Source: Raja brachyura (Eukaryota). From it: 64,000 nucleotides of DNA. The notes below the pieces were generated by a model. It had not been told where the DNA came from. It did no database searches and was given only the letters and a program-made list of their open reading frames with translations. Positions 1 to 10,579 of this stretch are shown piece by piece. The position numbers and the translations under genes were made by a program. Within the stretch, counting starts at the first letter, position 1. Each line of letters opens with the position of its first letter. The stretch is taken from the NCBI GenBank assembly GCA_963514005.1, contig OY740809.1, positions 14,942,001-15,006,000 of the forward strand, written 5' to 3'.

Positions 1-474
1 TTCTGTTGACTTGACTTTAATTGACCAAACCCTTGGCCAAACTCCCAGAAAATAATTTCCTGTTGCAAGTTTAATTATGTAGACAATACTCCAAGGCACA
101 TTTTCTATTTCTGAATCATTTATTGTGGAGGATTTCCTTTCAGTTTTACTTCCATTATTGGAATCTAAAGCAACTGTTTGTTTAGATCGAACGTCAAGAA
201 TTGATGGTCTTGGAGGTTCATTTGAAGACTCGATGGGCATTTTGAAATAATGGATGGCAAATAGAGCTTAGAAAAAACCCCACAAACATTTGTTTGACCT
301 TGTCAAAATATCTGAGCTACATCAATTCTTTTCAATATATTATTCACGTGCGAAACTTCAAAGTAAACATTAGTACTAAATTTTAAGCTAAAGATTGCTC
401 TTCCAAGCAGTGTGTTCAAATTGGTAATCTCTCCAATGCTTCAACAGTTTCAAAGGTATGAATGAGTTTGGATA

Positions 475-772
475 TTAGTTTAGTTTGGAGATACAGTGTG
501 GAAATTGGCCCTTTGGCCCACCAAGTCCGCATTGACCAACGATCCCTGCACATCAATACTTCCCTACACACACTAGGGACAATTTACACTGATACCAAGC
601 GAATTAACCTACAGACCTGTAGGTCCTTGAAGCGTAGGAAAAAACTGAAGATCTCGGAGAAAACCCACGCGGTCGTGGATAGACTGTACAAACTCCGTAC
701 AGACAGCACCCGTTGCCAGGAACTCATGTCTTTGGTGCTGCAAGCGCTGTAAGGCAGCAACTCTACCATTGG
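475..772 (-). mobile_element. tRNA-derived V-SINE (HE1/HER1-like)
   Basis: Minus strand reads a tRNA-like head (ggtagagttgctgccttacagcgc), the central ggtgctgtctgtacggagtttgtac block and a (CTAAA)n tail. The same unit recurs about 10 times in the window. Confidence 0.8.
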
Positions 773-1248
773 GCCTAATCTTTCTGAAACATATGCATAT
801 ACATTGGTGTCCATTCTTTGCATCCATAAACGTTATCTTTTCATTTGTGGAGGCTTAAGAACTCCTGATTTAATATTTTAGGGCTGTGATTGTTTTTTGT
901 TGGCACAAAATAATCAATAATAACTCATAGGCCAGTTTTACTCTCTGCTCAAATTTCTATCAATGTATAAATATGTTAATCTTTTGGTGACTTCTTGCAG
1001 CTACAAGCATATTCACATTGGTAGGTCTCTGCAGACTAAGGGAAGTTTTATCAGTAACATGAAGTCATGCAGTAGTTAGGCATTGATGAGCAGTCTGTTG
1101 ACAGTGATAGCAACATGTCAGACTCATGTCAACCCTCTTATAGGAGCATAGGAAAACAGATTAACCAGTTCAATCAGTAAATTATGATCAGAGACCTGCA
1201 GATATACCAAATAGATAAGACAATATTTAATTACTTTTTCACCAATGG

Positions 1249-2326
1249 TAGGTATGTTACAAAACTTACCTTTAGAGGCGCTGCAGTTCTGTCACTGGCC
1301 GTGTGTGCGACTTTGGCGCCTTTAAGGGGGGGAGGGGTTAAAATGCGGGTTTTCCCCTTGCAATCCGGAGCTTTCTGTTGTCGGAGTGCGATCTATTTCT
1401 GGAGATGCGTTCCGACTGCCGGTAAGTCAGTTTTTTTTATAAATAGCCCGACTACTTAATCACTGCAGTAAAATAAAAATTAGCTCCTAATGCCGTGAAC
1501 GCCGTTAACGGGGACCGATTTTACGTAGAGGACAGGTAAGTGAAAGCTGTTTATTTTTACATATAAACTTGCTTTTTTAGGGGACTTTAATCAGATGCTT
1601 ACTAAAATCCATGTGGATTTTAAAAACAATATTTCATGTTGTGAAACGATGATTTAGCCCCCATACGAACCGGCAGAAAATTTCCTGCCGATATTGGGTT
1701 TAAATTCACCGCAACTGCAACGTTCCAATACAGCACGTTCCAGAAAATCCCACTTGCAAGCTGTTTAAAATGCCCATTAATTTACAGGCATTAAACACTG
1801 AATTCCTTAAATTTGGCCTATAAATTAATGACAATTAGATTTAAAAATCATGTTATATTGTGAATTATTGCGTGACTGTTAATTGGACACTTCGGCTTTA
1901 AATTAAAAAAAAAAAAATTCTTAAGAAATGGATAGATATTTAGATCAGTAATTGATTTTTGTAATTGGTTACAATTGGGTAACTAACTAATTATATGCTT
2001 TAATTTCAGGTCATCCAAGTAAGATTGTTTCATATTTGTTTCAGAATACTTCAATCTATAAAAATTGAAATTTCCTTTAAGTTCTCTTAATTTTTTTTAA
2101 AGTTATGGGCTTTTGACTGTCCTCGATCACAACGTTTGTGTTAAGTCAATAGAAAAGCAATAGGAAGCAAGTTGCTAATTTCCGAGTATGAAAATGACCC
2201 TAACTTGTTTAATACTGAAGATATGAAAGTGAATTAGGTGTCAAATTAAACTTCTTTTTATGCTTTATCTGATGGGATAAATTGCAGACTTGATTTTTTA
2301 AATCTCAAAATTTTGTAACATTGCTA
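1249..2326. mobile_element. Non-autonomous TIR DNA transposon (~1.08 kb, superfamily unassigned)
   Basis: Imperfect TIRs taggtatgttacaaaa (1249) and ttttgtaacattgcta (ends 2326), flanked by direct repeat ccaatgg (1242-1248 and 2327-2333). No transposase ORF. Confidence 0.75.
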
Positions 2327-2394
2327 CCAATGGGTTTTATGTTGACTCAGCTTCAGAGTTTAAGAGAGATTACTGATTAAATAAAATTCACATG

Positions 2395-2552
2395 AGTTTA
2401 ACTAATTGCAGAGTTTTTTCGAGAGGTAATGAAATGATCGATGCGGGTCGGGTGGTGGATGTTTGCCACATGGATTTTAGTAAGCATCTGATAAAACCCC
2501 CCATGGTAGGCTGATATAGAAGATTAAACTGCACAGGATTAATAGTGACTTG
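2395..2552 (+). mobile_element. CR1 LINE RT fragment
   Basis: Translates to VVDVCHMDFSK-like, degenerate CR1 RT motif (VDVxYxDFSKAFDKVPH). Confidence 0.65.
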
Positions 2553-2674
2553 GAGTCGTTGAGTCATACAGCATCGAAATGAGCCCTTTGGCCTAACTTG
2601 TCCTTGCCAACCAAGCTCAGGATATCAACGTTTTCTTGCATGTCCTTCTGACAGATCACACATTTATACATGCT

Positions 2675-2987
2675 TTTAGTTTTAGTTTAGTTTTAGAGAT
2701 ACAGCATGGAAACAGGCCCTTCGGCCCACCGAGTACGCAGTGATCCCTGCACATTAACACACTATCCTACTCTAGGGTCGATTTTTACATTTATACCAAG
2801 CCAATTAAACAAAACTACAAACCTGTGTTTTTGGAGTGTGGCAGGAAATCAAAGTTCTCAGATAAAACTCATACGGTCACGGGGAGAAAGTACAAACATC
2901 ATATCGACAAGCATTCATAACCAGAATTGAACAAGGTTCTCTGGCGCTGTAAGGCAGCAACTCTGCTGCTGTGCCACCGTGCCGCCC
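2675..2987 (-). mobile_element. V-SINE (HE1/HER1-like)
   Basis: Near full-length match to the 475-772 unit, with ggcggcacggtggcacagcagcagagttgctgcc head on the minus strand. Confidence 0.8.
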
Positions 2988-3119
2988 ATCTTTCCTCTTT
3001 TCTTGCACAAAGCTGGAGAATGGCCCTCCCAGCCAGTGGTGGCATTGTGTGGATTTATTGATGATCGGTTGACATCAGCTGATCAAATCTGTTGTGTTTT
3101 CAGTCTTCCTATACGCCCT

Positions 3120-3210
3120 AGATGGACAAAAAGTGCTGGAGTAACTCAGTGGGAGCATCTCTGGCGAAAAAGGATGGGTGATGTTTTGAGTCGAGACCCT
3201 TCTTCAGACC
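3120..3210 (-). mobile_element. Penelope terminal-repeat fragment with degenerate hammerhead core
   Basis: Minus strand reads gtctgaagaagggtctcgactcaaaacatcacccatcc, related to the terminal repeat at 44690-44820. Confidence 0.65.
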
Positions 3211-3265
3211 CTAGACGCCCTTCTGATTATAGATTAGACCCAACTTCCAGTACCTGCTTATTTAA

Positions 3266-3841
3266 GGGCCTGTCCTACCAGCATCCGACTCCATGCGATG
3301 AGTGCGACCAAACCGGCAGCGGGGGCCGCGCGGAGGTCGGGTGATCCCCTGTACAGGGCCGTTCCCACCAGCATGCGCCTGCACGTGGCGAGCGCGACCA
3401 AACCGGCAGTGAGGGCCGCGCGGAGGTCGGGTGAGTGGCGCAACACGGCGCAAAGTGAGGTGAACTTGGAGCGAAGTCTGAAGGTAAGTTCGCCAGGACA
3501 GAGAGGAACACACAGAGAGGGGCATAGAGGCACACACAGAGCGGGCCATGGAGCCACACACACAGAGGGTCACGGAGGCACCTACAGAGAGGGTCACGGA
3601 GGCACGACGTCGAGGCAGTGTGTAATGCGTCGAGGCAACTGTGAGCCGACAAGCCGTTGCCGCGTGGAATGTTTGAACATAGTCAGTTTTTCGGAGCCCC
3701 GCGCGATGTCGGGACGAACTCCGCACAATTCCGCACGGCTCCGGCGATCGAAGTGGGACCGGCCCCGCGACGCCGGACAGCTCAAGCGACCACGTTAGGT
3801 TGCGCTCATTGCATAGATTTGCATGCTTGTGGGACAGGCCC
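3266..3841. mobile_element. GC/CpG-rich MITE, TTAA-flanked (copy 1)
   Basis: TIR gggcctgtcc(y)ac.agcat ... atgcttgtgggacaggccc, TTAA at 3262-3265 and 3842-3845, internal ~90-bp direct repeat. An inverted second copy lies at 53132-53719. Confidence 0.85.
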
Positions 3842-4469
3842 TTAAGGTTTGGTTTAAAAGGAAACAATGTAATAAAAAGCTGTGACATTTCCCTGGGGTA
3901 TTTCCCCTGCTGTATGTTCCTGCTGCAATACATGTGGTGGACATATTGGATCAGCAGCAGAGGACAGGGGGAGCTGATTATTCTGACTCCTGTAGAAGAA
4001 CGCTAAACACCAGAGTTCTGCACATGAAGCAGGATGTACTTAGTCAAACATGCTTTCTGAAACCTTTCTTATATGTAATTGGTAGTTCTGTTTCAGTATT
4101 GAAGCAACAAACACATTTTATTTGTTTAAACAATGACAGTACTTCCAGAAAACGATTGAATAATACAACACAGCCATTTTCTCCAGAGATAGATTCAATT
4201 GTTTGGAACGGTGACATATTGAGCTATGGATATTAACCTTGCAGCTTAAGTTCCCTAAATGTGCAGTTAATTTGTGATGGCAGCCATGGTTTCCTACCTG
4301 TAAAATCACATTATGCTTGGAATCTTTAATTTACCAGTTCAGTGTCCACTGTTCAGTAGGAGGGATAAGTGACAAGAATATTTTTAGAGGATGAAGACCC
4401 CCTGAGCATCTCTGCATCTTCAGTACAATAGAGGAACAATGCAGGAAAGGAATCCGTTGATCTTGTTTA

Positions 4470-4615
4470 ATCTGGGCAATGTGAGGTCATGCACTTTGTT
4501 AAGAGGAACCGAATGGTGGATTATTATATGAATGGAGAGAGACTGCAAATGGGTGGTTCAGACGACTCTAGGTGTTCAAATATATGAATCACAAAGCTTC
4601 AGTGGGTAGGTGCAG
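4470..4615 (+). mobile_element. CR1 RT fragment (5' half, interrupted)
   Basis: QCEVMHF..RN..VDYYMNGERLQ CR1 motif. It continues at 5936-6075 (QQVVAKANGTLTFLAKVLEF). Confidence 0.65.
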
Positions 4616-4660
4616 GTGTGTGCGGATGTGGCGTTGAAGGACGAGAAGCCGAAGCAAAGA

Positions 4661-5909
4661 AGTGGAAGCCAAATAACCGATCGGAAACAAAGCCAAAACG
4701 CCAAATAACCAAAAGCGTACGAAACCGAAACGCCAACTATCGGAAAGGGTGGGACGCTTAAAAGCAAACTCACCAAAAGGACAGGACGCCAAAAAGCAAA
4801 CTCACCGAATGGCCGCTCTGCCGAAAAGTCAAATAACGGACATGATGTCGCCGGGGAGGGGGGGGGGAGGTGCAGGACTTGTCAACGATTGGTCCAGACC
4901 CCCACGTCCATCACACCGAGCACCAAGTTGTGAGCGGCCGAAGGAACGAATCCCTCGGGACAGCCCCCACTCTCCCACAGCCACGGCCACCCTTCGCCTC
5001 ATCTCCCCCGTGTGGCCGCACTGTGACGGGCTGTGTGTCGGCGGCGCCAGGTGGAGCAGAGGTGTGGGACAGGCTGGCCCCTCCGCCCACCCAGAGTCAC
5101 TGACCGCGATGCACCGCCATTGGACCCAACCCCGGCCGCAGGGAAAGACAGCTCGGGGCATTGGCAGCCATAGTAAATAACATGTGGGGGACACACACGC
5201 AATTCCTTGGCAGGCCGATGACAAGTGTGCATGACAACGAACAATTTTATCTCCTCCCACTCTCCCCCCTGCCCCTTGACAACAAGAGGCACGTTTTATT
5301 TATTGTTTAAACACAGTAATTCCGTCTGGTTGCCTGCGAAACGCACACAAGCTCCCACGCTCAAAACACCAGATAATCTATAATCTGTTTTAACTGAAGA
5401 TGGACACAAAAAGCAGGAGTAATTCAGCGGAACAGGCAGCATCTCTGGAGCGAAGGAATGGGTGGCGTTTCGGGTCGCGACCATTCTTCAGACCTGAAGA
5501 TTGAGTCTGAAGAGTCTCAACCCAAAACACCTCCCATTCCTTCTCTCCAGAGATGCTGCCTGTCCCACTAAGTCACTCCAGCATTTTGTGTCCATCTTTG
5601 GTGTGATAGTTGTCTCATTTCATCGGCTGAGACCATTCAGGTCTGAAGAATGGTCTGGACCAATCGCTGACAGGTCCCGGCCCCCAGCGACGTCATGTCC
5701 GTTATTTGACTTTTCTGCAGAGCGGCCTTTCGGTGAGTTGGCTTGTAGGCGACGCAGCCTTTTGGTGAGTTGCCATTTCGGGAGAGTGGCCTTTTGATGA
5801 GTTTGTCTTTAGGCGTCCCGACCATTCGGTTAGTTGGCGTTTCGGCTTCGTACGCTTTTGGTTATTTGGCGTTTCGGCTATGTTTCCATTCGGTTATTTG
5901 GCTTCCACT
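4661..5909. mobile_element. Foldback/long-TIR non-autonomous element
   Basis: ~240-260-bp imperfect inverted repeats (4661-4900 vs 5650-5909) built of gccaaataaccga and gccaactcaccga subrepeats. It interrupts a CR1 and hosts a Penelope palindrome at 5395-5600. Confidence 0.75.
5395..5600. mobile_element. Palindromic Penelope terminal-repeat insertion
   Basis: gaagatggacacaaaaagcaggagtaattcagcgg...ttcttcagac followed by its inverted copy ...ctccagcattttgtgtccatctt. Confidence 0.75.
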
Positions 5910-6449
5910 ACTTGCTGCACTCGGTACCCGGACGTAGCAAGTAGTAGCAAAGGCAAATGGCACATTGACCTTTCTTGCAAAAGTGTTGGAGTTCAGAAAT
6001 AGTGAATTTTTGTTATAACTGTTTAGTGTGTTGGTGAGGCCTAACCCAGAACTGCACACAGTCTTAGTCCCTTCCTTTTAAAAGAAAATTGTAGTGGAGA
6101 TGTGGCCAATGTGCATCACCCATGATCACGTTGAATGTAGGGTGGACTTTTCGGGCCCAGTGGTCTACTCCTGATCCTGTTTTCATGGTTGTTGTGTTCA
6201 ATTGGATTCACTATAACATGCCTGAGTTCAAAGTTGAGGCTAAGCAAAGGGATGATTAGATTGTTCAGAGGAAGAAGGGTGTATGATTTTCTTCTAATTA
6301 ACACCATATTTGCTGCTCTGAAGAATGAAGAGTGCTCAATTCATACTGTGCAACTAACATATTCCATGCAGCAGTTATCTCAAGGAGAACTTAAAAAATC
6401 GGTGAAAAGATTGAAGGATCTTACCCTAAAAGTTTTACTTTGTTCACAA

Positions 6450-6782
6450 GAGATGCGGAGCATCTTGGACATTACAGCTCACCCCCTCCATGACACGGTC
6501 AACCTGAGGGGTACCTTCAGCAACAGACTGGTTCCACCAAGATGCAGTGCAGAACGCCACAGGAGATCCCTTTTCCCCTGTGGCTATCAAACTGTACAAC
6601 ATCCCCCTGCTGTCATGGGATAGACTTACTCCACTCCCCCCCCCCCCCCCCCCAATCTTTGTACATCCTCAATCCTTTCCACTCGTCACTTTAATGTTTC
6701 ATGTATTTTGTGTTTTATGACTGTTGACAGATCAATTTATCTCCTGGGATGAATACAATTCTATTGTATCGTATTATATCAT
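6450..6782 (+). mobile_element. Rex1/Babar (or L2-like) LINE 3' fragment
   Basis: SILDITAHPLHD...RLVPPRCSAERHRRS resembles the Rex1 ORF C-terminus, followed by a 3' UTR with a (tatcg)-like tail. Confidence 0.6.
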
Positions 6783-7138
6783 AACACTGTAGATACATTG
6801 CCTTCTTCATTCCTCTTTAAATCTCCATTATTTTGCTTACCATTCTTACTTTGTGATGGAACAAATGATCAATTGCACTTTTCCCAAGGTTCTGTCTTCT
6901 TATTGTTACATTAATAATCCCTTGAGGCCAAAAGAAAATAAATTTGTTCACAGCAGCATCGGAATCCTGCGGACCCTTCTCCATGGGTCAGTTGGAAGGG
7001 TGTGGACTTGTCAATGTCCCACATCTGTTAGAGTCAAGAGTGTGTTTTATTGTCATATGTCTAAAACAGAACAATTAAATTCTAACTTGCAGCAGCACAA
7101 CAGAATATGTAAACATAGTACTCCGTAAACAATATAAT

Positions 7139-7273
7139 NNNNNNNNNNNNNNNNNNNNNNNNNNNNNNNNNNNNNNNNNNNNNNNNNNNNNNNNNNNNNN
7201 NNNNNNNNNNNNNNNNNNNNNNNNNNNNNNNNNNNNNNNNNNNNNNNNNNNNNNNNNNNNNNNNNNNNNNNNN
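7139..7273. other. Assembly gap (Ns)
   Basis: Run of n characters. Confidence 1.
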
Positions 7274-8408
7274 NTACATATATACACATATGCTAACATA
7301 ATTAACAGGTTACAATTATTCTGAAGAAAAGAATTGGAGGTGCTATATTTTATCAAGGAGCACATTTACAAATTCCCTTCAGGATATACATTCTCTTTTC
7401 TGCTTAAATATTGTTTTAGTGTTGATGTAATATTCTATAAGTCATAATATCATTAGCCTGTGGTTTGAGAATTTGGACATTAAGTATAATATATGTCTCT
7501 GAATGGTTTGTGCAGCCGTTAAATGTGCTTTTGGATTTTGCTATAATAAAATTGATTTGCTAAGTTATTAAATATATTTTGTGCATCATATACAAGCTAT
7601 TTATAATAGCCAGGGAGACTACTGTATATTATCCTGTATCTATAAAGTAAATTTATCTACTTACAACTGCTAACTTGTTATTGCAATTCACTAAAGTAAT
7701 TGCGTTTTCTTGATGGCTGAAATACAATAATGCATGTCGATATTCCCATTTCCTTGAAGAAAGCCATACAAAAGAAAATGTGATTAGAAACAAGGTCTCT
7801 GAGAACTTGCACATAAATTTTACATAGTAAATTTACTTCATATTTCAAACTCTTCTTCACAAGATTGTATCTTTAAGAGGGTAAGAATGAAGTGCAACAT
7901 CTTGGAAACATCAGCATAGTATGCATGCCTTTTATCAGTAGTTGTGCTGGAAGGTCAAGTAAGTTAAAATGAGAAAGTGTTGTTAAACGTATCTGTCCAA
8001 AAGATTGTTCAATTAATATTGCAATGCCTCATTATGCAGCAGGAATCAACCTCGATTTAAATAGCCCTCTGCATTCTCAGAACATCCCAAAGGATGATAT
8101 GGCCAATTCAGAACTTTGAAAGCACAGTTTTGTATTCTTGTTCTATGCCTGTATAAAACTCGAGAGTCTTCAAGGTACAACAGAAGTCTTTATTACATTA
8201 ACTCAATGCTGGCAGCAAGCCAACTAAAAATGTCTGCAACCAGACAATCTGACTGCACACTTGCACTGTGTACAGACAGAGATAACTATATACAAAACAT
8301 CTCCCTTTGTCCTGTGCAGCACCACCTGCTGCATGGGAGGAGCAATGGGTCCTCCCACCCCACATGGTCCACCAAACATCACACTACCTCTTTCCAGTTT
8401 GAACATCT

Positions 8409-8801
8409 CTAGTCCTGAATGAGACGCCTTAGGGCAATACCACAATTGCAACGTGTCGATCGACGAGGGACCACAGGCAGATCGGCGGGGAGTTCATCTG
8501 GCGGAACTTCATCAGACCTGGCGAGGGGCAACTCAGGCACACCAGTATACACACGAATCGGCACCAGGGTGCCCGACTGCTTGGTTATGGTCAGGTTCTG
8601 TGCAGTCTTCACTGGAGGAACGTGGCTTCTTAATTTGTCATCATGCCGTCGGCATTGTCCTTGCCCTTGGATGGTGTACATTTTTATTCCAATGCGAGCC
8701 ATGATCCTGCCAGAGCACCATTTGCTTTGCTTGGTCGTATAATTATGGTAATATACATAGTTGCCAATTTGGATTTGTTCGACTTTGTTGGCTGAGTGCA
8801 T
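8409..8801 (-). pseudogene. Gypsy (Mag-like) integrase C-terminal remnant
   Basis: GNYVYYHNY..KWCSGRIMARIG..YTI..RRHDDKLR..PRRSTR. An upstream frame gives TVPNCTTCRIPADMMLGR, typical of the end of the integrase core. Confidence 0.7.
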
Positions 8802-9092
8802 GCCGTATAAGACTTATGGGTTGGGTTAAAAACTGATAGGGGAGAGTGCACTTGACGTCCAAGCATCATATCCGCTGGAATTCGACAGGTAGTGCAGTTT
8901 GGAACGGTTGCTTGAAAACGCCTATGAGCCGCTCTGCCTCAGGTCAGTTGTAATTGCCATACTTTCAAAATAAAACTCAGCGCGCATTAAATATGGCGAC
9001 CACCTTTCTCTTTTTTTTTCTTTCTTTTTTTTTTCTCGCTCGGGATTGAAACGATCGAATTACCGAGACATGTTAGTTTGAATACATTACAG

Positions 9093-9110
9093 ATCCCACT
9101 TCTGACACCA
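9093..9110 (-). promoter_or_regulatory. Primer-binding site complementary to tRNA-Leu 3' end
   Basis: Plus strand atcccacttctgacacca matches the recalled vertebrate tRNA-Leu(CAA) 3' end including CCA, 1 nt from the LTR. Confidence 0.8.
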
Positions 9111-10579
9111 CTTTCGTATTCTTGTTCTATGTCTGTATAAAACTTGAGAGTCTTCAAGGTACAGCAGAAATCTTTATTACATTAACTCAATGCTGGCAGC
9201 AAGACAACTAAAAATGGCTGCAACCACACAATCTGACAGCACATTCACACTGTGTACAGACAGAGATAACTATATACAAAACATCTCCGTTTGTCCTGTG
9301 CAGTGCCACCTACTGCACAGGAGGAGCAATGGGTCCTCCCACCTCACACGGTCCACTAAACATCACACACAGTCACTCAGTGGTTACAAATATAACAGTT
9401 AATTTACATCTGGCATAATCCCATAAACAACAATGTAAAACATAATTGTTCTGCTGGGTTTTATTGAATGGGCGTTTAGCTAGCAATATTGGTCAGAAAA
9501 ACTCCTTTGCTCATCTTCTAATGGTGCCATGGATTTCCTTAAATCAGCTTGAGGTTGATAAATGGTAACACATAATTCAGTATGGAACAAGCAAAGTTAA
9601 CATAGATTGTCGAGAGGCCAGTTCCAGGAAAGACATTTTCAGACTTTTGTCTCCGCTTTGAAATGAATGACTTTGAACTGAAGAACACCCGGTGTGATTC
9701 AAGCAATGGTATTACGAGTAAAAATGGAGAACCAGTTTGTATTGTGCCTATTTGTGGACGGTTGAGTGCGTAAAAATAAATGTTTCATTTGCTATCATAA
9801 TCTTTATTTATGAGTTAAACCATAAAAAGTTACCTGAATCTTTTGATAAAGTTAGACCAATATGTCTAGTTATTCGTACTCCTTGAATGTCAAACCTTTC
9901 TTTGCTATACCACTTTGTGGTTTAACAGGCTGTATTGCATTATTGAAAAAGTCAATCCACATGACCTATAATTCTATGACTGTGTCACACAATGAGGCCA
10001 TTGCAGCACCAATGTAATAATAAGGGAGTCTAACCTGAAGAAAAAAAAATTCAGAACTTGGATTTGATTTTATAATTCCACTTTCTTCGTATAATAAATA
10101 TTTTTCATAGGGAAAAATAATGATATAACTTATTTATCTTTTCATTATTCTTTGTCAGAAGGGTTGAGTGAATAGTTTTTGACTCATCACAGATAAATCT
10201 GGTTTGAGAATGTATTAACATACACAGACCTTCTTCCATCCTGTCAGTGCTTTCATCCACTTCTTTATAGAATAGTGCATGTTAAAATATGTTTTAAATT
10301 GCAATTTTATATCCACATTTAGTTGTGATATTTGTATTGAAATAATCATGATTTAAAACATTTCTTGTAATGGAAGAGTTTCAAAAATGTACAAAAGAAC
10401 AAGGTGACGGGGCAAGTTTCTGTAAATGATCTTGTGAAAGATTTCATTACAGGAGAATTAAAAAAAAACTTTAAATGCCTTGCTTCTGAATATAACTTTG
10501 AAACTTAGTTCATTTGTGCTTTAATATTTTGGGCAAAATAAACAAGTTTGGTAAATTTTGTAATATGTTTTTTAAATTA

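Larger units (their letters stand above)
8128..9367 (-). mobile_element. Internally deleted Ty3/Gypsy LTR retroelement (TRIM-sized)
   Basis: 256-bp direct LTRs at 8128-8383 and 9112-9367 (about 21 mismatches by hand count); 5-bp TSD cacag (8123-8127, 9368-9372); PBS tggtgtcagaagtgggat (9093-9110); PPT ggaaagaggtag (8384-8395); AATAAA in the LTR. Confidence 0.92.
8040..9560 (-). mobile_element. Degraded Deu-domain SINE (SacSINE1-like) split by the LTR element
   Basis: acatcccaaagg...gccaattcagaactttgaaagcacag joins tcact...tcccataaacaacaatg...aactcctttgctcatcttctaatggtgccatgg, matching my recollection of the Deu-SINE 3' half. Confidence 0.45.

Noticed and set aside
3258-3933. Overlapping 100-223-aa ORFs (also 53165-53825 and 4749-5292)
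   Set aside because: They are by-products of GC-rich MITE or foldback sequence. They show no domain motifs and their frames differ between the two MITE copies.
7053-7365. ORFs containing long X runs
   Set aside because: Artefacts of the N gap.
9093-9110. tRNA-Leu 3'-end sequence
   Set aside because: Only 18 nt including CCA and adjacent to an LTR, so it is a PBS and not a tRNA gene.
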